DNA of 64,000 nucleotides from Eukaryota sp. GEM-RC1 (Eukaryota), in the NCBI GenBank assembly GCA_040285855.1, contig JAUFOQ010000001.1, positions 1,922,001 through 1,986,000 of the forward strand, written 5' to 3'. Position numbers and translations under genes: made by a program. Of the stretch, positions 44,432-58,884 are shown in pieces. Position 1 is the stretch's first letter. The number at the start of each line of letters is the position of its first letter. The notes below the pieces were generated by a model. The model saw nothing but the letters and a program-made list of their open reading frames with translations, was not told the DNA's origin and searched no databases.

Positions 44432-45303
44432 CATAGATGGGAAATACAGAATACATGTATTCTGTGTATTTTGTATTTGTATTTGTATTTGTATTAATAC
44501 CAAGCCCTTATTTGTATTATTTGTTTGGTATTTTTAGTATCAGTATTTAGTCTTATTTATTCCAATTATTTGCATATTCAATGCAGATTCATGTGACAAA
44601 AATACTGCTTGAGTACCAAATACATTGTTGCTTCTGCAAAGGTACGTACAATTGTAGTATGAAGTTGTGTGTGTACAGTAAATTCTAATTCATCAATTAT
44701 GTTATGACTTCTACTGACTCAAAGAAACTTGTCTCCTCTCCCACTATGTTGTTTACATCTCAGCTGCCCGGATATTAGCGCAACAAGGTAATCTCTGACA
44801 ACCTAATATAGAATAGGTGCTCGTTGAAATGGAGAGTCAAGGGGCATGGTATTTATTTCTCTTCAATTTTTCTGAAAAATAAGGGGAGAAACTTCATCTT
44901 TGGCTTGATTAAATGCAATTGTTTACAAACACCAACTGTAATCACATCAGAGACCTTAGAAGTTGAATCTACCAGTAGATGAAGCTGTATACTTTTAGTT
45001 CATAATTATCTTGAGTGCTCACCCACTCTCTATCATAGTATTTGGTTTTTGTTGAGTTTCTATAGTATAGAACCAAAGTTTAACTACTTGTGGCGTGAAA
45101 ACGATGAAACGCAGAAAGTTTTTCGTACTACCACTTCATATTATAGTTGATTATTTGATATGGTCTTATCAAAGTAACACATATGTTTCCACCTGAAATA
45201 CAATTGAAATACTCACGTGATAGAAATAGTGTATTTGTATTCGTTGTATTTGTATTTGTATTTGTATTAATACAGAGGCATGAAGTTGTATTTCACATCT
45301 ATG
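44432..45303. mobile_element. Non-autonomous hAT-type element (MITE-like), 872 bp
   Basis: 16-bp TIRs CATAGATG(G/T)GAAATAC with one mismatch; exact 8-bp TSD GTTTCCAC (44424-44431 / 45304-45311); subterminal GTATTT repeats. Confidence 0.9.
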
Positions 45304-46969
45304 GTTTCCACAACACTTTTCATTGGATGACCATAAACAACACGTTTGTGTCTTTTATAGTTCTCTACACAGACTATATCCTTGCTTGCGGATGCTCTTG
45401 CTTCCTTTCTTCGTCTTGATTCAACCTTTTGTTGAAATGAAATGCCACAAACTGTGACAGATCATCTTTTACACTCCTTCCCAGTCACTGGGTTGGTCTT
45501 TGCATCGAATCATACGTTGATTTTATTTCATCAGAACGACTCTGAAATTGTGAAAGTCTTCTCATGCTTCATCTATCTTTTGTATCGTCACCATCTTCTC
45601 TGCTAAGTTGTACTTTATGGACATCATTTGGTTTGTAGATACTGAAATGTAAGGATCTTTTATGAGAGAACACGGGTGTGCAGGATCTGATAACTGTGTA
45701 GAACTATTTAGCGTCACTGTAGGATACGTTTCTGTATCATTTGTTTCATAAAGAATACAGTTTTTGCTTATGTTTTTCTGGTCCACTGTCTTTTATGAAC
45801 AAGGTAGCGATGAGGTGACACGCTTTTATTGAGATAAGTCTGAACTACTTTGGAGATTTCGTGTAGGAACAGAAGAGGTTTCTGGGAAAGAACATTCTCA
45901 ATAAAATCACCGTCATAATTACTGAGAATACAACAGGAGTCCTGAGGATGTACTAGTTTGGGGTTAAAGAGATCTTTGATCCATCTACTGATAGTTGTTT
46001 GGTGAAACCAGAATACTTGAGAAATTTCGGACTGAGAGCGTTCAAGAAAAAAGTATGTATGTAACTCTGGTCCGAACTCTGGTATCGGAAGTGGTGTGAT
46101 AACGGAGTTTTGTCAAGTCAGTTATGGCAACATCATCCAGACGCCGAACTCCTCCTGTTCACTGTGAACAAGTAAAAGATCAGATTTATAGGGCATATCA
46201 GCTGGACAAAAATGAAAGACTAGAAATTGGGAATCAGGACAAAAATGGAGTGAAAATTCTTGATAAGCAGTGAAATCAAGACAAAGGAACAATTAGAAAC
46301 CCATGCTGAATTAATTACTGAAATTTTCGGAATATTAAACAATAGAAGTCCAATTGGTGCTGAATTGGAAAATGTTATTAAGCACCCGAAATAAAATCCA
46401 CAGTATGTTCCTAAATTTAATCTCTGCATCGTTTTAAAAAATTGAAAACCATACAATGTCATCATTTGAGAAGTTCAATCGCCAACAATGTGAGTGATCA
46501 GAAAATGAATCAAAATATGTCGAACACAGACAAGCCATGGTACACATGAAAAATATCTGGCCAAACAAAAATAGAACATGGAAATCAAGCAAGTCGAAAC
46601 TCAACCACAAACCTGCTACTGTACTGTACCATCTTCCTTGAAAGACCTCTTCAATCAAATCCTTTTCCCTTTTTGGTCATGTTGCATCATTGAGTAACAT
46701 CGTGAACGCAACACAATCCTCACAATTTGAACAAGTCTGCTGAACCATGAGTTGTCCTTTTGTTGGATGCTTCAGTCTTGATGGTTGTCTTCTACTACTT
46801 TGTATCACTTCCGTTGATGATCTTGCATTTCTTCCTCCATTCATCTTACTTTCACTCTAACACAATGCTCAACACTCTATCATCGCCGAAACTAAAATCA
46901 AATCTGGGGACATCGTTCTCCCCTCTTTTCTCAGTGTATATACTTGAACCGTTTGTCTATCATATATCC

Positions 46970-47190
46970 TCAAATCACCAATGATAGTTACTTCATTCTT
47001 CGTGACTTCGATGTCGTTCCTCCCGCTGCCTGAACTAACATCGAACTAACGCTAAACCAAGATGGAGAAGTTGGTGACGGAACAACATCAGTCATGATCC
47101 TCGCTTCTGAACTCCTTGCCTACGCTAAACCTCTCTTCAACAGTCACGCCACCATCATCGTTGAAGACTACAACAACCTTGTCTACCAGT
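46970..47190 (+). pseudogene. CCT/TCP-1 chaperonin gene fragment, copy 1
   Basis: ITND...QDGEVGDGTTSVMILASELL with an in-frame stop nearby; part of a larger repeat from about 46690. Confidence 0.8.
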
Positions 47191-48539
47191 GTTAAGTGAT
47201 GACTTTCATTTCACACCTATCTGTTGTCCACCTTTTGCTTTTCCCCCCTTTCAAGATACTTATGGGTGCTATCATTGGACTTCGTTTTACAAGGACTGGC
47301 ATTTGACCTCTCAGACTTGAATACTTGCGAGGATTATACATTCCGTGTTATTTATACATTTGTTGTCCTAATCAACACTCACTCTAATGACGTGACTGAA
47401 TGTGGTTGTTTTAACATCTCGTAATTTCCGAACTGTTGAACATGAGATGGTTGAGCATAATTTGTCATTTGATTTGGGAGTGTAAAAATGCATCTTGTCT
47501 TCCTCTTTTTCTTTCTGTCAGTTACTTAATAAGTCTAACCAATCATCCGCTATTGAATAAATACATTTGAGATCACGTCTTTATCTTAACCCTATGCATG
47601 CCACATGTCAATTTGGTTTTTGGACACAGAATAGGACCTGTTTGTGGAAGTTATGGATAACATAATGTGAGAGGGTTTTAAAGAAATGTGGATGGTGATG
47701 TGAAATCGATTTGAAATGGAGTTCGCTGACATAGCTTTTGATATACTTATTAGCAACAAGAACGAAGTTTCAAACTTAAGTCTAGTTGTGGTTAATAAGT
47801 ATGTTATCGGCTCGATATTATGTATAGTCCTTCAGTGGAGGTCGTTTCCACCCTAAATCAGATTATTTATGACGAAACCAAGGAAATTGACGTTAATATG
47901 AATGTTGTCATTCAGTAACCACATGATGACATCATACACCCTAAAATGACGAGAATAATTGTGAATCGTCATGTTTATTTAAATATCTTTATGTTTTAAC
48001 CCCAAATCATGATAGTGAGAGCAAATTTCGTTATTCATTTGGCCATTTTTAATATTTACTTGAATAATGACAATGACAACAATGTCATTTCAAAGACTAA
48101 GTTTTCAGTCCGAATTTCCAGGAGTTTGACTGATGCTTCCTTAGCTTCAATCACTTCTTTAGCAATCAATTGATATATTGCATCGTTTGCCTTTTCAACA
48201 CATCATCTTTATCAATTGTTGCACTAGGGTTAGTAAAAAGCTGACAGATCTTAGATGGAATGGCGGTGGTTGTCACAGTTGGGTCTTCAGCATATAGGCT
48301 AGACCAGCTAGCCCATGCTGTGTCAGAAGCATCAATAGATGGATTTTCTTGTTGTAAATGTTCGACGGTTACTGACCGAGCTGCTGTTTTGTCTGTTGTT
48401 TTAAGATATTGGTTATACTCTTTCGAAATCACATTATCCACTCCGACTTTCACAGAGAACGCAGAAACTTTTCTATTTTTAGGAGTAGAAGACAATCAGG
48501 CGTTGACCCACTTTTTGATTGTAGTTCGATCAACCCTTT

Positions 48540-49656
48540 CAAAATTCCATCCTGTACCGTAGGAGAAAAGGAATTGGTAATCTGCTTGAGGGTGAGACTT
48601 GACTTCAGAAGCAGTACGTGCGAATACCAAATCGTGTTGTCAACAACGTAGAACAATCCACAGCAATATCAAATCGGCATGACGATATGACATTGGTCCC
48701 AAATCTTGTTGCTGCTGGTTTCAGAAGTTCTCCATTACTACACTTTCGGAATAATGACAAAACTTTTACCTGATTCTTCACAAATTTGATTAACTTGACT
48801 TTCCACGGTTACGAACAAGTTTTCTTCTCCATCCGGCAAACTCAGTTCTACACGAGCTAGAACGGCAGACTTCAATTCGTCAAAGCTCTTTTGACAGATA
48901 TCTGACCACTTGAGTCTGGTATTTTTCTTTGTTAATTCGTGAAACCGCTTAGTAAGCGTGGCAAAATTGGGGATAAATTCGCGGACGTAGTTAAAGCTCC
49001 TATAATGGAACAAAGTTCGGATACTGTTCGGGGAGAACTCAACTCAACCAGGGCTTCTATACGAGAAACATCAATAGACTTCGTTTTTGAAAACAGAGCC
49101 TGAAACTTTGATTTCAATGCCCTTGTGCACAAACTTGCATTTATGGGCAGCAGAGCGTATTCTTTTAGATCTTGCAATTTGTAAAGTTCGTCTGATGCAC
49201 TCAAGGAAATCTTCAAATTTTGTTCCAATGCAGATGAGATCGTCAATTTAAACGGAGGTAGAGTCAGATTAAAATAGTGAAGCCATGAAGTTCTGAAAGT
49301 ACGTTGGTACATTAGAAATGCCAAAGGAAGCACGTGTAAACTCAATGGCTAGTCCTGTGACGGCAATTGCGGTTTTTGGGATGTCTTCTTCCTTGATAGG
49401 AAGTTGTAAATGCTGATGGTACGTGCATGTTTGAATGCATGTTTGAAGATTCAACTTTAACGTATGGTGTTTTCTTCTGAAGTTTGCGGCAGTTTGCTTT
49501 AACATGGCCAGGTTCATTGCAGTAAAAACAGGCGTTGGATTTGCTGTCTAGAGCACCGTTTGTCGCTCTTTCTTGGGAGGAGGTAGATTTTCTCTCAGTT
49601 ATCACAGTTTTCCCATACAGGGTGTGTGGGATAATGTTCCAGGAATGGCTTACCAT
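48540..49656 (-). pseudogene. Ty3/gypsy gag-pol relic (Zn knuckle, RT, RT-RNase H connection)
   Basis: CFYCNEPGHVKANC; QLPIKEEDIPKTA...FGISNVPTYFQNFM; FNYVREFIPNFATLTKRFHELTKKN..LKWS; multiple frameshifts and deletions. Confidence 0.85.
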
Positions 49657-49830
49657 ACGGGACCAAAAGGTTTTATGAACAATCGGATTCTTAAAGAGTA
49701 TTTTGCCGAAAATAATTTTGTTTTTTTTGAAAATACCTTTTATTAATTTCTATTATCAAATTCAACGACTTTTTCTCAGGATCAGTTAAATAAGGAGATT
49801 GGTAAAACTGACCATTTTTCCAAAAAAAAA

Positions 49831-50060
49831 TCAAAATTGATCTCTATCCACTACAATAATGAAATCTTGGAGATGAGAGCAAACATGCACATCAATCTTC
49901 TTCATAGCACCCAGAAGATCTTGCTGAGCCGCACTTTTATATCTTTTCAGGATTGAATGATTTCCATCAGCTCTGTTCTTGGTAAAGGTACCCACATGAA
50001 GAACATTTGTTAAGTAGCAGTGAAAAAACTTCTCACATTTAGGCATAATGCTGGATCTCA
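49831..50060 (-). pseudogene. Mutator/MULE transposase fragment
   Basis: LHVGTFTKNRADGNHSILKRY matches the MULE pattern HxGxxTxNRxExxHxxLK. Confidence 0.55.
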
Positions 50061-50275
50061 AATATATTGTGATCAAAAAGGGCAGAACAGTCAAAAGATC
50101 TCAAACTTTCTAAACATGAAAAAATGATTTGAGTGCAGTTGCCATTCATAAGTCTTTCTTTTCTTACCCTTTTCCGTAAAATTCCAAAAAAAGTTTCAAT
50201 TGGGTTAGATTCTGGTGAATACGGAGGCAAAAGTAGATATTTTATCCCCACTGTTTTGACTGCATACCTGGGCAT
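50060..50275 (-). pseudogene. Tc1/IS630 transposase C-terminal fragment
   Basis: LLLPPYSPESNPIETFFG. A second small LPPYCPEMNPIE fragment lies at about 53114-53160 (+). Confidence 0.8.
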
Positions 50276-50929
50276 GACGTCACGACGTTATTGTATTTTT
50301 TGTGAAGTATTATGACATATCATTTATCGCTAATTAATTACTGCGAAATAAACATGAATCTTTTGTCGCACGACATTTTCCAAACAAACTTTATTCCTCA
50401 TTATAGTTGCACTCTGACTTTTTCTGATATTCCTTGTTTATATAAGCATAATGAATATGTCGTTGAAATACACTCTGATTCAAAGGGACAATCAGATACT
50501 GAAATCCAAGCTCATACTGACTCCACACTCTCCCCGGAGCCCCCTTGTGGCTATCATAAACACCCTGTAAGTTCCAAAACTCATCCTGCGTGGACTTTAG
50601 TATGGACACGAAATTATGCAAATAGCTGTGGAGATCTTGTTTGTCGAGGATGTGGACGTCAACAACGGAAGACAAGCATAACTAGGATATCACAATGTCA
50701 AGTCTATACAAATCTGACTTTACACAGTTCAATTCATGAAACAACTCCATCCATCACTGACAAGAACTTGGATCCATCCCCATCTTCTATTACATCTTTC
50801 TCACAATCTCACATCAACACAATCTCCGCTCCACCTTCATCATTCCTTCATCTTTCTCACAATCTGGACTGTTACACGCCAATATATTGTTGTAACACAT
50901 AATTCTAACTTAGATTTATGTGTTATAAC

Positions 50930-53023
50930 CATAGTTGCAAAAATACAAAAAACAGTATTTTTTTGTATTCTGTATTTTTGTATTATGTATTGCATTTTTT
51001 TCTGAAAAAATAACTGATTGGGATATTATATCCTATAAGTAAAGTTGAGTAATCAGTTTATGATTTAGTCATTCCCAAGAAAAACACTATAGATTTGTTA
51101 CTAACTTTAGTTTGAGTTCTTTAGGTTTGTAAAATTGTGTTAATGGCGACAAGGACAACATTGACATACAATAAAGAGGAGTTTATATTAAACGAAAAGT
51201 CGACGATCAATTGTTGTCGTAAGATAGAAATTAAGTCTTTATAAATCTCTTTCCTTAGACAAAGGCGTTGACCAACAATAATTATTGAGGCCCTATAACC
51301 AAATCACACCCCACTCACCTCACCGTAGGATTAATGAAGTTCTTCTACTTCCAAGTTAATGGATGTTCGTGCTGAGTATTCCTTTCTGCAGGAATACTCT
51401 GCATATATGTGCTGTCTATGGGAGCTAAAGGAAGTCCAATATCTCTCAAAGACTGTGTTGAAGAGTTGCTATTACAAAGCCTCTATCTCACTAATTGGAC
51501 CGTTAAAGACTCGGACTCAGAGTTGCACAAAAACGTTGTCGAATATGGAAAGATATGCTTGCATTGAAGACGCCTACGCACGCTTTAGGTCCATACATAT
51601 GGATACTTCGGAGTCAGAGCCAAGGGCTAAAGTTTTCTCCTACCTCCAGAAGTTCCTCGCTGTCAAAAAAAAGAGCTCAAGATTTTGAGTTATCTGAAAA
51701 AGATCTTCTAGCTCATTGAAAAAAGCCGACGGAAATCACCACCAGGTTTAGCCGAAAGCTTGGAGCAGAGCATTAAGGATGGTGTGATCAAGACACTCTC
51801 GGAACTTGTTGAAGTGACCATCGAAGATAACATAGATCTGGAAAGAACTTCACAATGCAAGCTCCGATTTCGTCGTTCTAACAACAAAGACTCCGTCTCT
51901 CTCAGTGATCCCACGGATAAGTCCAGAAGATCAGAAGCCTTCAAGAAGAAGTTATGTTTCAAATGCCATGAAGAAGCTCACATTGCTTCTCAATGCCAAC
52001 AAGACATCAAGCAAACTCTTCACGTGAACTTCCTTTAAAAGCCACTCAGCGGTCTCCATCAGTAGAAGGAGAAGTACAGTAGTAGTGTTGTGGTAATGTA
52101 GAAATTAAGTCTTCATAAATCTCTGTCTTGCACAAAAGCGATGATCATTACACGGATTTAGAGTTACTTTACATCTCTATGTACAGAACCTGTTACTATT
52201 GACGTCTACTATTCACCTCATTTGTTACTTACAATACTCAGTGTAAAGGACCAACTAAAACTTTTGTGCACTAAAATAAGATAACAGCTTACATTCTTAA
52301 ACAGAAATTCAGGCATTGTATCTCCTACAAAAATGCAACAAATGTCAGAAATGCATATGACCCAGAACTCATGTACTGGAATGGTTAAATAAGCGCAATT
52401 ACTGCTATCTGGTAATAGGCAACATTCTTGTAGTCACTTATCATTTGGACTTCAATCACCACTTCCAGTTCTTTAGGAATTACAGCTCACTTCATCAAAC
52501 ATTCTGAAATAGTTTCGCTTACTCTGGATATGAAGAAATTGACCCAGCGTCATACAAAAGAGGTTGTTGCTGCAGAACTAATGGATGTTGTGGATTATTT
52601 TGAAATCAACAACAAATCAACTGTATTACAACTGACCCATATCCAAACAACAATGATCTAAGATTGTCGTTTGAGCATAGACACTGTTCTGCTCACATCA
52701 TCAACAGAGTTGTTGGAGATGGACTCGATTTGAAGTCGTTGAAATGCTACTCGGTAGTTTTCGACCATTTATTTGTTGAAAAATTCTTTGACTACGCCAC
52801 ACTCGACGTATTCTCCCTCTTCGATACTTCTGTACTTGATCTTGTACCGTTTGCTGCTGCACAAGCTCTTCTTCGTTCCCTTCTTCCCACCGATTACACG
52901 ATGAAAGAAGATCATTGATTATGTTTGAAATTGACCCTGACGATGCTCAGTTGAGACAAGTGAACTCAGACGACTTTGTATTCTGTACTGTATTAATTTT
53001 TGCCCGTGTATTTTAAAACTGTG
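50930..53023 (+). mobile_element. Decayed hAT element with internal transposase relic and a nested LTR element
   Basis: Left end CATAGTTGCAAAAATAC matches 62877; degenerate right end GTATTTTAAAACTGTG at 53008-53023; internal WTS...LGITAHFI and HCSAHIINRVV at about 52440-52720. Confidence 0.65.
51212..52152 (+). mobile_element. Miniature LTR element with about 66-bp LTRs and a gag-like relic only
   Basis: Direct repeats TGTTGT...ACA at 51212-51277 and 52086-52152; purine-rich tract before the right copy; internal ORFs ending in CFKCHEEAHIASQC. Confidence 0.7.
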
Positions 53024-53035
53024 TATAAAATTTAA

Positions 53036-54310
53036 ATGATTGTACTGGATTTGGGTCTAAGAATTGGATTTCCCATCTTTATTCGTGAGAATTGGAACTA
53101 ATAGTCCGCAGCTCTACCACCTTATTGTCCAGAAATGAACCCAATTGAGTCAATCTTTAGGATGCTATTTCGGTTGAATTTAGTAATTCTCGTCCCAGCT
53201 TGATGTTTCCGAAGCATTTCATGGAACGCAAACTGCTTTGTTTCGAACTGTAAACAATAATCAAATATTAACACAAATATTTAACAACTTAAAACCATGA
53301 TAGTATTCAGATATCAACAAAATTTGGTGAATACTGAATAAACTTATCATAATTAACATAACAAGTGTTTAAACTAAGTAGCACATATAACCAAGTAAAT
53401 AAAGAAATTTGCTTTCACTATAAAATTTGAAGTTAGAATTAAATGAAAATTTAACTAGTAAAATAAGTAAACGACAAGATGATTCTCGAGTATTCTGTTC
53501 ATTGAAGGTGGATGTTTAGGTTGAGGTAAACTTCTTCTAACAAACTTCTTAATGTTGAGTTCCTTGGTTTCATCTCGAAAGAAATGGGGAGAAGCATGTT
53601 GAAATCTTCAACGATGATGGTGAGGTGACTGTTGAAGAGAGGTTTAGCGTATACAAGGAGTTCAGAAGCGAGAATCATGACTGAGGTTGTTCCGTCACCA
53701 ACTTCTTCATCTTGGATTAGCGCTAGTTCGATCTTAGTTCTGGAAACGGGAGGAACGACGTCGAAGTCACAAAGGATGTGGTGAACGTCATTGATCATTT
53801 GAAGGAGATATGATCAACAAGAAGGTTAAACTTAGAGAGAGAAGAGAACAGAAAGTCACCAACAGTTTCAGCTTCGCCGATGATATAGAGCTGAGTATTG
53901 TCTCGGTGTGGAAGTGGAACTTTTAGTGTATGTAAGATGAATAGAGGGAGAAAGGGAACGTCATTGAGGGGCAATTGTGAGCGGATCTAAGTAGTGTAAG
54001 ATGATGTTGTCAGAATACACAGTCTACGGACATGATGATAACGATCGATACAAGATGCATGATCACAGTTCAAACATTGTGAAGATTTGTTCAACTTGAC
54101 ATAACGGTGTTATGATAACATTACTGTACTACATATGTAAAACTAGGAGCTAACGACGTCTACTCTCTTCTTGAGTTCTCTCTTAGTGTTACTTATTGTA
54201 TAAACCTTTCAGTCCTTCCGTTTCACGATCACACTTTTGAAGATGTTCCTTTGTGTTACAAACGTCATCAACACGTGTGTTCTGCAAGGGATAAGTTTTT
54301 GACAACACGG
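53036..54310. repeat. Dispersed repeat carrying CCT fragment copy 2 (- strand, about 53600-53800)
   Basis: Collinear with 59046-60680; contains QDEEVGDGTTSVMILASELL. Confidence 0.85.
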
Positions 54311-56111
54311 AAACGGTCTATCTTCATGAGCGATCTGACAAACCACTTCATGTCATTTTCTCAAGGTGACACTACGACGACTCGTATCGCCGCCTCTTTT
54401 CATTCTACATTGATCTTCCTTTCAGTTCCTTACTCAAGTCACTCTCTCTCTCTGTTAGCCTTGACATCCTGCTAGGTATCTCTCCCATTGTTGATCTCTT
54501 GAAGATATAGTAGCTTTATTCTATCATTGGTTTTGTAAAAGATCAAATTAGAGTAAGACTGCCCACACCGTAACAACGTGATCAAGAGCCGAAGTCTACG
54601 GAAATCATCGAGTGAATGAAGAAGTTCCTCCCCAACATCAACGTTTGCTCTCTAGCCATTCCTTCTCTCTACCTCCTGAGTCTTACCAGTTCTCGAATCT
54701 TTTTCTCTATTCCCTTATCATAACTGTCTTTCCTTTCTTACCATTACTGCCTTGCTCATTTCATGCCATTACCACTGTTTAGTCTACGGTTTGATTTGAC
54801 TCTTCGCCTTTCTTGCTAACTTCTTGTGTCCAAATGTACTGTTCTGTCCTTCATTGGTCCTCAACTCCTCAATAACTTCTTCTTTTACTTCCATTGGCTC
54901 ACTCTTTTTATTAAAGAGAGTGTTTCTCAGGTTTTTCTCTCAGTTGACTTACGAATCGATAGTTGTAGTTCTTCCACTTCTTTCAACCATACTCACCCTT
55001 GGGGAGATAGTGCCAAATATGTCATTCGTAGATTGCAGGCTCAGGTCATTGGTTTTGTACAAGTTCACTTCCATCGGCCTAGCTGTCTGATCTTTCTTGA
55101 TTTAAGAGAACTGTGTCATTCGGAAAAAAGAAAGAAATATTATCAAACACCCATTTTCTAAGATTTATCTCAAGACGGTTTCTTTTCAAATCTTTCTACC
55201 TTCACTTGATCTTGTCAGTAAAAAATGACATTATCATCTTGGCATTGGTCTTAGTTAATTCTCTTTTGTATTACGTTATACACGTACATTTCGTGATTCT
55301 ATATGATTTCAGGAAGAAACTTCCTTTACTCAGAGTCTCTTGTTACGATTTATTCAGAAAACTTTCATAATCTGATTTCACACACGTCAGTTTTCTTAAA
55401 GTTAGTTTATCTATACTATTGAATTTTTAATGACATTGTACTTGTGTTTAGGGATAATAGTCTAATCACTTGTAGTTTTTTTTGTTTGAAAGAGGAAAGA
55501 AGGTGTATCATCAACTGAGAATACTCGGACAGGTTTAGTGAAAGAGCACAACAGCTTGCAGCTGCATTTCAGCAGCTGATGACCGATGGCTTGGTTAGCT
55601 GGAAGTTGATCTTCTTTCGAACCACAGCTACGTACTGTCTTTGTCCCTCTTCAAAGCAGTACTCTTCTATTGTTCTGCGTGGATCTGAGCCACAATCTCT
55701 TCATCCTTGGTGGAACACTTGGTACCACCAGATTGCTGACATCTTCAACAATCAGGTTATGAAACCAGAACGGGTTAGTGATGGTAGAATACTTTTGGTT
55801 CGTGATAACTGAGGAATTTTAGACCTGTTGACACAAATCTCAGGAGAATTTTTGTTAAAAATTCTGTCACAATTAATAAATTTGGGAGGCATACTAGTTT
55901 CATCTTCTTCATCATTTACCACAAAATCATCCAAACTTGTTGAAATTAAATCATTGTCAGAATCATCACCAGAATTTCATCCTGTTATTACAGCTTCTGT
56001 GTCAATTAAATTTGTGTTGTCTAGATGATTTAAACCATTTTTGTCCAATTAAATAATTTGTTTTTCATTATCTTCAATGATTTTTCACCAACTTCGCCAA
56101 CATTGTCATAA

Positions 56112-56476
56112 TTGTCCGTCCTCCTCCAAAGAAGAAATCTGAGGTGTCTGAAGTATTACCACTTCTGGATGAAAGTGTTTTATTTTGGGCTATTGATCTC
56201 AACCACAGCAAACGGTGTGGTTGGTCGGTGGGTTCACTTAATGGCCCAGTTGAAGCCTCTGGGATTTGTTTGTCCCCAAAACCGAAAAAAATTAACCATG
56301 CCCCTGCTCTCACTCACACAACTGCGAATACTTGTATCGTTGAGAACTTTAAACTGTATCTCATCGAATTAGCTTCTCAAGTTGTGGATGCCCAGATGAG
56401 CAAAACTATACTACAAAGACGGTTAATTGAAGGAAACAGACGATCTTTACGACCAAATCGTTCAAGTGGGGAGTGA
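56112..56476 (+). pseudogene. Possible piggyBac-like transposase C-terminal fragment
   Basis: KYYHFWMKVFYFGLLISTTAN / FWAIDL and FKLYLIELASQVV loosely resemble the piggyBac post-catalytic region. Weak. Confidence 0.3.
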
Positions 56477-58329
56477 GTCACTTTCAAGAAAGTGAGTTAG
56501 GATTGGGGTTGTTCACAATAATTACTGTTGGTCTTTGTGCACCAGTATTGGTGAGGGAACATACTAGAGAGGAGCAACCTATATTTTAGGGAAAGAACCT
56601 CTTAAGATGAAAAAAAGGCAGGATAACAGCCTTTTGATAAACTCAGTGCATTGACTGAAATATTTAAATATGGTTTCCTTTTGATGTTTGACCGATCATC
56701 AAATACAAGTGATCAACCATTTATGTTGAGATTTGCCAGGAACCCATTAATTAAAAAGAGGTTTAAGTCGCTGTACACGTCATCAATCCTTGGTCAGGGA
56801 GGATCATTGGGTTCAGAATGGACAAGTGAGAAGGTCTTCATTCACACGGCACGTGTTGAATTTAGTTTTCAACAGGATAGAAAGCAGCTTGCAGGAACTT
56901 ACTACTAGTTCTTTCAGTTGAAGAATTAAATTGTCATATGAGCGCTGATTATCATAAATTGTTCACATATTTTTTCTTTTCTTTTAATCTTTGGTCGTTC
57001 AAATGAGTACTAAGAGGTCGTATACAAGATGACGTGATCCGAACGATGGGGTGAAATTGAAGCGGGTGGTTGTGTGGTTGCGTGGTTGTATTGTAGTGCT
57101 GTTTAACACGGTGTTGAGTGTTAATTTCACACTGTGAAAGTGTTCTGAACTTGTTTTAACCGAATGAACATGTGTTTCTGTAAGGTGGTCTAGTAGAAGA
57201 TTAGATGGGATGTCCTTTTTGGTCGTTGTTCGTTGTTTGGTGAAAATAAACTGAGTTACAGTTATGTCAGAACATTTTGAGTTAACAACAGTCCAATAAA
57301 GTTCGTCAACTATACCAATTCATGTTCAAGTTTTGTTGATCAAACGTCATTAAACACTGAGTTCAAACAAACGACACACCATGATTACTGTTAATGAAAT
57401 TGATTATGCCTAACTGTTCTTCATACTGTCATCGTCAATACAAGCCTTCCAGAACGTCTTCACAAAAACAACAGAAAATAATCTACGGTGTTTGGTTGTG
57501 TATAAGTCTGTTTCCAGTGAAACATTCTCTACGCGATGTATCGACTAGATCAAAAGACGAGTAGCTAACTGAATTTAGCAGTAAACTTGTCAATTAAAGA
57601 AACGGTTGCAACCTGACCCGTCGTGACCTGCCGTGGACGGCGGTGTTTGGACAAAGCGTCACGATGGGTTATGATGGATCACAGTAGTGATGGATAAATA
57701 TATATCGGATTTATGTGCAAAGAGGACCACACAACAAGAAAACAACAAATAAATAGAGGCTTTTAAAACGAACTGTTAGAAAAGTAATACTATTGTGTCT
57801 TTGTATATTTAATGCAGCGAGAATAAATCACTATATGCCTGGGTAAATTTTTGTCAATTATTTACTAGTTACAGAATGTTTTAATATATAACTATTTCTA
57901 AAAGATGTCTCTATCTATTATATTCATCTATTGCAGAATAGGGAGAATGAAAACAACTGAAGTTGTTCCATTTCATGCAAACAACTCAGTTATCACATGA
58001 CAGTTGGGTTCTACGTCAATCTCACTAAGGAAAGCCAGTCGAATATCACCCTCCAAAGCTCCTGGAGAACTCATATCATACTGCAAATCCTAATCCTAAG
58101 CCTTTCCCTTGAGATAACAATGATGTTCATTGTTTTTATTTTGTTTGAGGGCAAGCACATAAGAAAATGTAAATCATGCCCTTCTTGACAGCAGATCAAG
58201 AAAGACATTTAAGAACTCTTGTATTTGACATGTTTCTTCATCAGTCCAATTCTGTAGTGTTATTGTAAAGAACAGGGCTTGAAATTGACTTGTTAATTAA
58301 TTAAGTGTAATAAGAAACTGGCCCGAAAA

Positions 58330-58884
58330 ATGAGAGGGCAATTAATTGAGATGTTTATTGCAATTATATACCCCACAGCTCTTGAAGGGTTTTTATTCAC
58401 CCAAACTTATTTTGGAGTGACTTTGATTGATCGAACTCTTACTGATTTTGATATGTCCCTTAGTGACATTAAATTTATAGTTGGAGTTAACGGCGTAACT
58501 AACAGGTCGCTTGCAACCACATTAAACAAATTTATCATTGAAACACTATTCTTAAACGAACTTTCAAAGAGACAAGTAACGAAGTTGAAAGTCAAAATTA
58601 ATAATTTATTTTTCCCCGCTGTTGCTACAACCTCCGAATTATCTTCATTGCTTCAAAACTGTATACTCATTGATGCTACTGCTGACAACGCACTTGTTCA
58701 CTCGGAGTCTGTCTTTGAGCTGAACTATCCAACTTCTCAACGTGGGTTACTCCAAATGAATTCACTGAAGACTATGTGCTTTCCTGTTTTGAAAAATGAC
58801 CTAGCAACTCTTCTAAAGGAGGAAACATCAACTCAAGCAAGAAACATTTCTGTGGACGATTTAATGGCTCAAAATCCTCAGTAG
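58330..58884 (+). CDS. Hypothetical host protein or pseudogene fragment
   Basis: 184-aa ATG-started ORF that looks interrupted by stops downstream; no recognisable motif. Confidence 0.35.
   Translation: MRGQLIEMFIAIIYPTALEGFLFTQTYFGVTLIDRTLTDFDMSLSDIKFIVGVNGVTNRSLATTLNKFIIETLFLNELSKRQVTKLKVKINNLFFPAVATTSELSSLLQNCILIDATADNALVHSESVFELNYPTSQRGLLQMNSLKTMCFPVLKNDLATLLKEETSTQARNISVDDLMAQNPQ

Noticed and set aside
53499..53798. Functional CCT chaperonin gene
   Set aside because: Only about 65 codons match, the flanks are non-CCT, and sister copies have stops or frameshifts.
54251..58200. Intact host genes or RNA genes
   Set aside because: Only short ORFs without convincing motifs; no tRNA or rRNA structure was recognised anywhere in the window.
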